In this document: positions 21,743-30,257 of the stretch, one piece after another
How positions within the stretch are numbered: position 1 is the first letter of the stretch
How the letters are laid out: every line of letters starts with the position of its first letter
NCBI GenBank assembly: GCA_016927955.1
Contig: JAFGLR010000008.1
Span: forward strand, 1 to 50,154
Source: Dehalococcoidales bacterium
GTDB lineage: Bacteria > Chloroflexota > Dehalococcoidia > Dehalococcoidales > JAFGLR01
Length of the DNA stretch: 50,154 nucleotides
Direction: 5' to 3'
Notes under the pieces: generated by a model
The model's database searches: none
What the model saw: only the letters and a program-made list of their open reading frames with translations
What the model was told of the DNA's origin: nothing
Program-made: the position numbers and the translations under genes

Positions 21743-22519
21743 ATGAGTAATATCATAGTAATCAAAATAGGCGGCTCGACGCTGGGCAGTAACGATACCA
21801 CTTTTGAGGATATCGCAACGTTACAGAAGCGGGGCAAGTCACTGGTGATTGTCCACGGCGGCGGTAGAACCATTACCGAATGGTTGAAGAAGCTGGGTGT
21901 GCAAGCGAAGTTCATGAATGGCGAACGGGTTACCGATAAACCGAACCTTGATGTAGTTATTGCCGTGTTAGCGGGTCTGGTGAATAAAGAAATCGTAACC
22001 GCAATAAACAGCCTGGGCGGCAAAGCTATCGGTATAAGCGGTACTGACGGCGGTTTTATTCAAAGCGAGATAAGAAATAGTGAATTGGGTTATGTGGGTG
22101 TAGTGACAAAAGTTAACACCGCTCCGATACAAACTTTGCTGGAAGGCGGATTTGCCCCGGTAGTAGCCACGGTTTGTGCTAATGCCTCTCCGAAACCCGG
22201 CGAACCTGGAATATTAAACGTTAATGCTGATTTGGTTGCGGGTGATATCGCTAAAGCAGTGAAAGCAGCCCGGTTAATCTTCCTGACCGATGTCGATGGT
22301 ATTCACGACGGACAGGGCAGGGTTTTACCGAAATTATCAGAGTCAGAAGCGGAGGCTTTAATCAAATCTAATGTCGCCAACGGTGGTATGATTCCCAAAG
22401 TTAAGGCATGCCTGATTGCGTTATCCGGTAAGGCATGTACTTGTATTATCGACGGGCGGCAACCGCATGCCTTATTAAACTACATAGATGGAAAAATTAG
22501 CGGAACTGTGATAGAATAA
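21743..22519 (+). CDS. argB: Acetylglutamate kinase
   Basis: 258 aa. Amino-acid-kinase motifs IVIKIGGS, LVIVHGGG, NVNADLVAG. Confidence 0.9.
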   Translation: MSNIIVIKIGGSTLGSNDTTFEDIATLQKRGKSLVIVHGGGRTITEWLKKLGVQAKFMNGERVTDKPNLDVVIAVLAGLVNKEIVTAINSLGGKAIGISGTDGGFIQSEIRNSELGYVGVVTKVNTAPIQTLLEGGFAPVVATVCANASPKPGEPGILNVNADLVAGDIAKAVKAARLIFLTDVDGIHDGQGRVLPKLSESEAEALIKSNVANGGMIPKVKACLIALSGKACTCIIDGRQPHALLNYIDGKISGTVIE

Positions 22520-22593
22520 GTTTGTTCAAAATTCAATATTTTGAAAAATATACAGATGAATAAATATCAGTTAACCTGCCGCTCCCGTATGGA

Positions 22594-22673
22594 GTCATTC
22601 TGAGGCATCTCGAAAATCGAGATGATGAAGATAGCTTTTGCTTATTTTCTCCTCACTCAGAATGACATTTTTT
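22594..22673 (+). terminator. Nested hairpin element with T6 tail after argB (possible terminator or small palindromic repeat unit)
   Basis: Outer arms GTCATTCTGAG (22594-22604) and CTCAGAATGAC (22656-22666), followed by A then TTTTTT (22668-22673). The inner perfect hairpin is CATCTCGA aaa TCGAGATG (22606-22624). Confidence 0.5.
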
Positions 22674-22777
22674 ATTTCCTTAAAACACCTTCTCTCTTCC
22701 CACTTCTATTTTTGTGTTAAAGAAACTATTTGTTGATTCCCTTTAGATATTCAGGGGATTAAGAGGATAAGAATAAA

Positions 22778-23965
22778 ATGAGCACTTGGCAGGCATTAGA
22801 AGACCAATATTATCTGCGGACTTTTACCCGGATTCCCGTCGTAATTACAAAGGGTGAAGGAGCCCATATCTGGGATGACACCGGTAAACAGTACCTGGAC
22901 TTTCTGGGCGGTCTGGCGGTAACTGTTTTGGGGCATTGCCACCCGGCAGTGACCGAAGCAATAAAAGAACAAGCCCAAACTCTTATACAAACAACCAATC
23001 TCGTCTATACAATTCCCCAGCTTCAGTTAGCCGAACTTTTGATAAACAATAGCTGTTTGCAGCGAGTCTTTTTTGCTAACAGCGGAGCTGAAGCCAACGA
23101 GGGTGCGGTGAAATTGGCAAGGCGCTGGGGAAAGTTGAAATTAAACGGTGCGTATGAAGTTATTACCGCTCTGAATTCCTTCCACGGGCGAACACTGGCA
23201 ATGGTCGCTGCCACCGGACAGGCAAAGTTCCAGGAACCTTATGAACCTGTCCCGATTGGTTTTAAAAGTATTGCCCTGGGGGATATTGACGTTTTGAAGC
23301 AAGCGACAACAAAAGAAACCTGTGCTGTGATGCTGGAATTAATCCAGGGCGAGGGTGGTGTGCTTTCCGCCAGCGAAGATTATTTTAAGGCGGTCAGGGA
23401 ATGGTGCAATCAGAAAGGTATTTTACTCATTCTGGATGAAATCCAAACCGGTATGGGGCGGCTGGGTACGCTCTGGGGTTATCAGCAGTTCGGCATCGAG
23501 CCGGATATAATGACACTGGCTAAGGGTTTGGCTAACGGAGTGCCTATCGGCGTCGTTATGGCGAAGGAAAAAGCCTCGGTGTTTGTCCCCGGTGACCACG
23601 GTTCTACTTTCGGCGGCAACCCATTAGCCTGTGCCGCCGGTTTTGCTACATTAAAATATATCATTGAAAAAGATATCCCCGGCAATGCTAAAAAAGTAGG
23701 GGATTACTTCCTCGCCGGTTTGGAAAAGCTAAAACAGAAATATGCTTTCATTACGTCCGTAAGAGGCAGGGGATTATTGTTAGCAATAGAGTTTAATAAG
23801 GAAATCGCTCAGGCAGCTTTAATGGCCTGCCTGGAGAACGGTTTACTGGTCAATAAAGTTAAACCGAATGCCTTACGCTTTATACCGGCGTTGGTCATCA
23901 CTAAAAAAGATGTCGATGAGGCGCTGGCAATTCTGGATAAGTCATTGGCCGGAATTAATGTGTAA
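22778..23965 (+). CDS. argD: Acetylornithine aminotransferase (class III)
   Basis: 395 aa. SGAEANEGA, LILDEIQTGMGRLG, PLP-lysine context TLAKGLANG. Lies in the arg cluster. Confidence 0.88.
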   Translation: MSTWQALEDQYYLRTFTRIPVVITKGEGAHIWDDTGKQYLDFLGGLAVTVLGHCHPAVTEAIKEQAQTLIQTTNLVYTIPQLQLAELLINNSCLQRVFFANSGAEANEGAVKLARRWGKLKLNGAYEVITALNSFHGRTLAMVAATGQAKFQEPYEPVPIGFKSIALGDIDVLKQATTKETCAVMLELIQGEGGVLSASEDYFKAVREWCNQKGILLILDEIQTGMGRLGTLWGYQQFGIEPDIMTLAKGLANGVPIGVVMAKEKASVFVPGDHGSTFGGNPLACAAGFATLKYIIEKDIPGNAKKVGDYFLAGLEKLKQKYAFITSVRGRGLLLAIEFNKEIAQAALMACLENGLLVNKVKPNALRFIPALVITKKDVDEALAILDKSLAGINV

Positions 23966-23992
23966 TTAAAACGTTGTGGAGGCGTTATAGCT

Positions 23993-25210
23993 ATGAAAGA
24001 CAAAATGGTGCTGGCTTATAGCGGCGGACTGGATACCTCCGTCGCCATTAAATGGTTAAAAGAAAAATATAAGTGCGAAATAATTGCTTTTACGGTTAAT
24101 ATCGGCACTGAGAAGAAAGACCTTTCCTTCATTGAGAAAAAAGCCGTCAAACTCGGAGCACTTAAGTGTGTCGTGGCAGATGCAACGGAAGAGTTTGTTA
24201 ATGATTACGTCTTCCCCGCAATACAAGCGAATCTACTCTATGAAGGGTATAACCTGCATACTGCTTTAGGCCGCCCGCTTATGGCCAAACTGATGGTGGA
24301 AGTTGCCCGGCAGGAGGGTGCCACCATGATAGCTCATGGGTGCACAGGGAAAGGTAACGACCAGGTTCGTTTTGATGTCAGCACCATTGCCCTGGCACCG
24401 GAGTTGAAAATTATCGCTCCGGCACGGGATTGGGGTATGACCCGGGAAGAAACAATCGAGTATGCCAAGAAACATAACATTCCGGTACCCATAACTGTTG
24501 CCAGTCCCTATTCCATAGATGAGAATATATGGGGACGCGCTATAGAGTGCGGCGTTCTGGAAGACCCCTGGAAGGAACCTCCTGAGGATGTTTTCCAGTT
24601 TACGAAGCCTGTAGCGGAAGCACCGGATGAACCCGAATATGTCCAAATCGGTTTTGAAAAGGGCATTCCGGTTAGTCTCAACGGCAAAAAACTTGGCGGC
24701 GTAAGGTTAATTAAGCAACTGCATGAAACGGCCGGCAAGCACGGTATCGGCAGGGTCGACCATATAGAGAACCGGCTTGTAGGGATTAAATCGAGAGAAA
24801 TCTATGAAGCCCCGGCTGGTACGGTAATAATCGCTGCTCACCAGGCGCTGGAAGAAATGACGTTGTCAAAAGACCAATTGCGCTACAAGCAGAAAGTAAC
24901 CATTGATTATGCCGATCTGGTATATAACGGTCTATGGTTTTCCGGACTGCGGCGGGATTTGGCGGCCTATGTTGCCTCAACGCAGCAGTTTGTTACCGGC
25001 ACTGTCCGGGTTAAGCTATTCAAAGGTAATTGCATGGTAGTCGGGCGGAAATCACCTTATTCACTTTACAGTTTTAATCTGGCGACTTATGATAAAGGAG
25101 ATACGTTTGACCCGAAAGACTCTGCTTCTTTCATCAGGCTCTGGGGTCTGCCGGTGAAAACCCAAGCACAGGTGCAGGGATTCGGAGGATTAAAGGGTAA
25201 GAAAAAATAG
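23993..25210 (+). CDS. argG: Argininosuccinate synthase
   Basis: 405 aa. AYSGGLDTS, GCTGKGNDQVRF signatures. Confidence 0.95.
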   Translation: MKDKMVLAYSGGLDTSVAIKWLKEKYKCEIIAFTVNIGTEKKDLSFIEKKAVKLGALKCVVADATEEFVNDYVFPAIQANLLYEGYNLHTALGRPLMAKLMVEVARQEGATMIAHGCTGKGNDQVRFDVSTIALAPELKIIAPARDWGMTREETIEYAKKHNIPVPITVASPYSIDENIWGRAIECGVLEDPWKEPPEDVFQFTKPVAEAPDEPEYVQIGFEKGIPVSLNGKKLGGVRLIKQLHETAGKHGIGRVDHIENRLVGIKSREIYEAPAGTVIIAAHQALEEMTLSKDQLRYKQKVTIDYADLVYNGLWFSGLRRDLAAYVASTQQFVTGTVRVKLFKGNCMVVGRKSPYSLYSFNLATYDKGDTFDPKDSASFIRLWGLPVKTQAQVQGFGGLKGKKK

Positions 25211-25234
25211 TCAAAAGAGGGCATAATAACAAAA

Positions 25235-25255
25235 GGGCGGGTTATTTACCCGCCC
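25235..25255 (+). promoter_or_regulatory. GC-rich stem-loop in the argG-argH spacer
   Basis: GGGCGGGT tattt ACCCGCCC, perfect 8-bp stem. No T-run follows, so probably not a terminator. Function unknown. Confidence 0.3.
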
Positions 25256-25276
25256 GCCAAATGGGGAAAAAATAAA

Positions 25277-26659
25277 ATGAGTCTTATCAGGGGCCGGTTC
25301 GAAAAAGAGGCTGACGAGAAGGTATTGCAATATACCGAATCGATTTCTTTTGATTGGCGGCTGTCCCACCAGGATATTGCCGGTAGTATTGCCCATACGA
25401 AAATGCTGGCTAAACAGGGCATTATTACTGCCGCAGAAGGGAAAGCAATCGTCAAAGGCTTGAACGAAATCCGGCAGGAAATCGAGCAGGGTAAATTTAA
25501 ATACCGTACCGAACTGGAAGATATTCATATGAATATCGAAAGCCGGTTGGCGGAAAAAATTGGTGAGGCCGGTGGTAAATTGCATACCGGTCGCTCGCGG
25601 AACGACCAGGTGGCTACCGATTTGCGTCTTTTTACCAAAGAGATGATAACCGGGGCGGTTGGGAAAATCCGTGCCCTGCAAGCGGCGTTACTTAAGCTGG
25701 CGGAAGCTAATAAAGACGTCGTAGTGCCCGGCTATACCCATTTACAGCCGGCACAGCCGGTACTTTTTGCCCACCACTTGCTGGCATACTTCGAGATGTT
25801 GCAGCGGGATACCGGAAGGTTTAGCGATTGTCTCAAACGAGCGGATGTTTTACCACTGGGCAGCGGGGCACTCGCCGGTGTTACTTATAACATCGATAGA
25901 GAGTTCGTTGCCCGGGAGTTGGGTTTTAACCAGGTCAGCAACAATAGTATGGATGCCGTAGCCGACCGAGATTTTATTATCGAGTTCGATGCGGCGGCGG
26001 CAATTGGTATGATGCACCTATCACGGCTGGCTGAAGAATTCGTTATCTGGTCGTCCCCCCAGTTTGGTTTTATTGAGATTGATGAGGCTTATACGACCGG
26101 TTCCAGTATTATGCCGCAAAAAAAGAACCCGGATGTGGCCGAACTGGCGCGCGGCAAGACCGGCCGGGTTTACGGCAACCTGATGGCTCTGTTAACCACC
26201 ATGAAAGCATTGCCGCTGGCTTACGACCGGGATATGCAGGAAGACAAAGAAAATTTCTTCGATACTATCGATACGTATTTCACTACGCTGGACGTCTTTA
26301 CCGGTATGGTTAAGACGCTTAAAATTAACGCTCTGGCTGCCCGCGAGGCACTGGAGCAGGGTTACTTACTGGCAACCGATATAGCAGACTACCTGGTCAG
26401 AAAAGGTATGGCTTTTCGGAAGGCCCATCAAACCGTCGGTAAATTAGTCAGCTATGCCGCCGCAGAGAATAAACCGTTTAATGAGCTGAAATTGAAAGAG
26501 TACCGGAGTTTTTCAGAACTATTCGAGAAAGATGTTTTTGATATTACTATAGAATCATCTGTGGCGGCCAGAAATGTAACTGGCGGCACGGCCCACAAGC
26601 AGGTCAGGCAGGCTCTGAAAGCAGCCAAGAAACTTTTAGGAGGAGTAATTGACCGGTAG
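25277..26659 (+). CDS. argH: Argininosuccinate lyase
   Basis: 460 aa. Fumarate-lyase signature [24 protein letters not shown]. Confidence 0.95.
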   Translation: MSLIRGRFEKEADEKVLQYTESISFDWRLSHQDIAGSIAHTKMLAKQGIITAAEGKAIVKGLNEIRQEIEQGKFKYRTELEDIHMNIESRLAEKIGEAGGKLHTGRSRNDQVATDLRLFTKEMITGAVGKIRALQAALLKLAEANKDVVVPGYTHLQPAQPVLFAHHLLAYFEMLQRDTGRFSDCLKRADVLPLGSGALAGVTYNIDREFVARELGFNQVSNNSMDAVADRDFIIEFDAAAAIGMMHLSRLAEEFVIWSSPQFGFIEIDEAYTTGSSIMPQKKNPDVAELARGKTGRVYGNLMALLTTMKALPLAYDRDMQEDKENFFDTIDTYFTTLDVFTGMVKTLKINALAAREALEQGYLLATDIADYLVRKGMAFRKAHQTVGKLVSYAAAENKPFNELKLKEYRSFSELFEKDVFDITIESSVAARNVTGGTAHKQVRQALKAAKKLLGGVIDR

Positions 26660-27326
26660 TAGAAAAATAAAAATTGCCCCTTCGATTCTTTCGGCCGATT
26701 TCGGACGGCTTGGAGAACAGGTACAGGAAGCGGAAAAAGCCGGTGCCGATTATATTCACGTCGATGTTATGGACGGACATTTCGTGCCCAACATTACAAT
26801 CGGCATACCGGTTGTAACTTCCTTGAGGAAGTGGACGAAATTGCCGCTCGATGTACACCTGATGATTGAGAATCCGGAACGTCATATTGAGGCTTTTGCA
26901 AAAGCCGGTGCCGATATCATTACAGTACACATCGAAACGTGCCCGCATATTCACCGTACCGTACATCAGATAAAAAGTACCGGTGTAAAAGCCGGCGTAT
27001 CTTTAAATCCGGGGACATCGGTCAGTATGCTAACAGAGATATTACCGGCGGTTGACCTGGTGCTGATAATGACGGTTAATCCGGGCTTCGGCGGGCAGAC
27101 TTTTATTATGGAAGCTCTGGATAAAATAATCCGTTTACGAAGTGAATTGGACAGCCGTAAATTACAGGCCGAACTGGAAGTGGATGGCGGCATAAACCCG
27201 GAGACAACGGCACAGGTAGTAAAAGCGGGTGCCAAAGTACTGGTAGCCGGTGCGGCAATCTTTAACACAAAACAGACGGTAGCGGAGGGGATACAAAATA
27301 TAAGGGAGATTGCGGCTAGGTCTTAG
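26649..27326 (+). CDS. rpe: Ribulose-phosphate 3-epimerase
   Basis: 225 aa. TTG start 6 nt after AGGAGG, overlapping the argH end by 11 nt. [26 protein letters not shown]. Confidence 0.92.
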   Translation: MTGSRKIKIAPSILSADFGRLGEQVQEAEKAGADYIHVDVMDGHFVPNITIGIPVVTSLRKWTKLPLDVHLMIENPERHIEAFAKAGADIITVHIETCPHIHRTVHQIKSTGVKAGVSLNPGTSVSMLTEILPAVDLVLIMTVNPGFGGQTFIMEALDKIIRLRSELDSRKLQAELEVDGGINPETTAQVVKAGAKVLVAGAAIFNTKQTVAEGIQNIREIAARS

Positions 27327-27501
27327 CCACTTTGTTTTGTGTACGTATGCAACGGGTACAGAGGTTTAAATGCTTGGTCTTACCATTAACCACAAGAGTT
27401 GTCGGGTGGATATTAGGCAACCAGTTACGCCTGGTATGGCGCTTGGAATGGGAGACATTATTTCCAAAGTGTGGTTCTTTACCACAGAAATCGCACTTCA
27501 A
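27316..27501 (-). CDS. rpmB: 50S ribosomal protein L28
   Basis: 61 aa. [31 protein letters not shown]... TTG start with AAGGAG 6 nt upstream. The 3' end overlaps the rpe 3' end by 11 nt (convergent). Confidence 0.9.
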   Translation of the reverse strand: MKCDFCGKEPHFGNNVSHSKRHTRRNWLPNIHPTTLVVNGKTKHLNLCTRCIRTQNKVAKT

Positions 27502-27588
27502 CTTTAACTCCTTGACTGGAATATCAATATGCTTTAAACTTCGTTCATAATAACATATAGAGAGAAGTTTAGCAAGGACGGAAAGTTA

Positions 27589-29217
27589 ATGAAACAGGTG
27601 GAAAAGGTTGACGGGCAGGTATTGCGGGAGATGTTTGCTGCCGCAACTACCTGGTTGGAAAAGAATGCTTCAGAGATAGATGCCTTGAATGTTTTCCCGG
27701 TTCCCGATGGAGATACTGGTACGAACATGCTGCTAACGATGCGTTCCGGTATCGAAGAAGCCTACCGGGCTCCGGATAAGTCCGCCTCAGCGATAGCTGA
27801 GGCTATGGCTAAGGGAGCTCTGATGGGGGCGAGGGGTAATAGCGGCGTTATTCTGTCGCAAATCTGGCATGGTTTTGCTATTGGGGTAGCGGATAAAGAA
27901 AATGTCAATGGAAAGGACATGGCAGCGGCTCTTTCACAGGCTTCCAAAACTGCCTATAAAGGATTGAGTAATCCTGTTGAAGGAACAATATTAACAGTCG
28001 TTAAAGATGCTGCTAAGGCGGTCCATTCTTCCAATAACGACGATACGATGGTTAAGGTGGTTGAAAAGGCTCTGGAAGCAGCTGGTGAATCAGTAGCCAA
28101 CACTCCTAAATTATTACCTGTCCTTTTGGAAGCGGGTGTGGTAGATGCTGGCGGGCAGGGCTTTTACACTATTTTGGAGGGTATGTCGAATTACCTTAAG
28201 GGTGAGTCCGAACAAATGCAGTTTCGGAAACCCTGGATTATTACCAGCAGTATGCCGACACCGGTCAGGAAAACCCAGGCCAACACTGTTCCGGAAGTAC
28301 CTTACGGTTACTGTACGGAATTCATGGTTAAGGGTTCCAAGCTACAACCGGATAAAATAAGGTCTAAGCTTGAGAAAAAAGGGCAATCACTCATCGTTGT
28401 GGGTGACGATACTACAGTAAGGGTACATATTCACACTCTTGACCCCGGCCAGATAATTCACAATATGACTTCGAAGGGCACGATACATCAGGTATCTATC
28501 CGTAACATGGACGAGCAATACCAGGACTTCCTGGAAATGCAGAAGGAACGGGCCCCGACCCTGGATATGGATATCGTTGCGGTAGTCTCCGGCGACGGTT
28601 TAAGCAATGTTTTCAAGAGTCTGGGTGCGGCGGAAATTGTGCGTGGAGGACAAACGATGAACCCCAGTACAAAAGAATTGCTGCAGGCTGTGGAATCCGT
28701 ACAGGCTGATAAAGTGATTCTTTTACCGAATAATAAGAATATCGTTTTAACTGCCGAGCAAGTTCATAGTTTGACCAAAAAAGAGGTTAAGGTTATCCCG
28801 ACCAAGTCAATTCCTCAGGGCATTGCAGCTTTGCTGGCCTTTGATTTTGAAGCAGATTTTGAAAGCAATATTAAACTGATGGATGAAGCCCGTCAGGGCG
28901 TTAAAACTATCGAAATCACGCGGTCGGTTCGGTCGACGAAGTTGGGTGGATTTAAGATACGGAAAAAGCAGCCCATCGCTTTACTCGATGACGAACTGGT
29001 TTCCGTGGCGGATACCCCTCTGGAAGTACTGAGTAAAGTTATGTCTAAACTCGGTCTCGACAAAGCGGAAATTGTTACTATCTATTACGGAGCAGACAGC
29101 GAGACCGCTGAGGCGGAAGAAATGGCAGCCGGTATCCGGGAAAACTATTCGCACCTCCAAATCGATGTCGTCCAGGGCGGCCAGCCGCACTATGACTATA
29201 TTGTTTCTATCGAATAG
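27589..29217 (+). CDS. DAK2/DhaL-domain protein of the YloV/FakA (fatty-acid kinase) type
   Basis: 542 aa. N-terminal Dak2 motif VFPVPDGDTGTNM ... GARGNSGVILSQ. Length and the rpmB-(yloV)-degV-recG neighbourhood match the FakA/YloV arrangement known from Firmicutes. Confidence 0.8.
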   Translation: MKQVEKVDGQVLREMFAAATTWLEKNASEIDALNVFPVPDGDTGTNMLLTMRSGIEEAYRAPDKSASAIAEAMAKGALMGARGNSGVILSQIWHGFAIGVADKENVNGKDMAAALSQASKTAYKGLSNPVEGTILTVVKDAAKAVHSSNNDDTMVKVVEKALEAAGESVANTPKLLPVLLEAGVVDAGGQGFYTILEGMSNYLKGESEQMQFRKPWIITSSMPTPVRKTQANTVPEVPYGYCTEFMVKGSKLQPDKIRSKLEKKGQSLIVVGDDTTVRVHIHTLDPGQIIHNMTSKGTIHQVSIRNMDEQYQDFLEMQKERAPTLDMDIVAVVSGDGLSNVFKSLGAAEIVRGGQTMNPSTKELLQAVESVQADKVILLPNNKNIVLTAEQVHSLTKKEVKVIPTKSIPQGIAALLAFDFEADFESNIKLMDEARQGVKTIEITRSVRSTKLGGFKIRKKQPIALLDDELVSVADTPLEVLSKVMSKLGLDKAEIVTIYYGADSETAEAEEMAAGIRENYSHLQIDVVQGGQPHYDYIVSIE

Positions 29218-29253
29218 AATAGCTGCTATCGCTTGCTTATGGAGTCCGGCTTT

Positions 29254-30099
29254 ATGACCGTAAAAATAGTCACGGATAGTGTTGCCGATTTACCGGCCCG
29301 GATAGCCGGAGAGCTTGATATTGCGGTAGTCCCGCTGGTGGTTAATTTCGGCAGCGAAGTATTTCATGACGGTATCGACATCACGCTGGAACAGTTTTAC
29401 GAAAAACTGCAATCCTCTAAAGAGTTTCCTCATACATCGGTGCCGGCACCGGCAGATTTCACGGCGGTATATGATAGGCTGGCGGAGCAAACCGACCGGA
29501 TTGTCGTTATTTGCCTTTCTGCCAAGTTAAGCGGCACTTATCAGGTAGCCCGGCAGGGTATTACCTTGATGAGCAGGAAATGCCAGGTAGAAGTTATCGA
29601 TTCAGGTTGGGCGGCAATCACCGAGGGTTTTATTGTCATTGCGGCGGCTAAAGCGGCTAATGCCGGTGCCGGGATTCCTGAGATAAAAGAAGTCATCAAG
29701 CAAACGGCAGCCAGGATTGGCTTTCGTGCCTCGTTCGATACGCTGGAATACCTCCGGCGGGGTGGCAGAATCGGGAGGGCACAGGCTTTTCTCGGTTCGT
29801 TGTTAAAAATTAATCCGATTATCACGCTGAAAGACGGTTTAGTCGAGCCGGTAGAGAGAGTTCGCTCCCGGGCGAAGGCTATTGACCGGCTGGTAGATTT
29901 TGCGAAGAGCTGTACGAAGATAGAGGAGATGGCGGTGGAATATACCGCCAGTCCGGCAGAAGCGGAAGTTCTGGCGAAGCGTCTCAGTTCCTTATTCCCG
30001 AAAGAACGGATTTTACGTGCCCGGATGACTCCCGTCATCGGCACGCACACCGGCCCCGGGTTATTATTGGTGGCAGTTCAGGGAGAAATCGGCCCTTAA
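29254..30099 (+). CDS. DegV family (FakB-like fatty-acid-binding) protein
   Basis: ORF track 29233..30099, trimmed to ATG 29254 (MTVKIVTDSVADLP, typical DegV N-terminus; GGAG 9 nt upstream). Confidence 0.85.
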   Translation: MTVKIVTDSVADLPARIAGELDIAVVPLVVNFGSEVFHDGIDITLEQFYEKLQSSKEFPHTSVPAPADFTAVYDRLAEQTDRIVVICLSAKLSGTYQVARQGITLMSRKCQVEVIDSGWAAITEGFIVIAAAKAANAGAGIPEIKEVIKQTAARIGFRASFDTLEYLRRGGRIGRAQAFLGSLLKINPIITLKDGLVEPVERVRSRAKAIDRLVDFAKSCTKIEEMAVEYTASPAEAEVLAKRLSSLFPKERILRARMTPVIGTHTGPGLLLVAVQGEIGP

Positions 30100-30257
30100 C
30101 ACTAATCCTATACAACTTTTTATCTCAGAACCGAGTCCGTATATAAGATTTTTTAGTTTTCATGCTTCCAACAATAACTATAAAACAGTATTGAGTGTAA
30201 TTTTATCAGTTATGGTAAAATAATCCTTAACAGGTTTTTCTTGTCGGGAGTTATGTT

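Noticed and set aside
25211-25681. 156-aa minus-strand ORF over the argG-argH junction
   Set aside because: It is antisense to the argH 5' region, has no recognisable motifs, and argH is unambiguous.
29541-30050. 169-aa minus-strand ORF
   Set aside because: It is antisense to the DegV gene. The similar long antisense ORFs at 39467..39928 (pyrD), 30752..31183 (recG), 8906..9304 (ppsA) and 15831..16247 (ffh) are rejected for the same reason.
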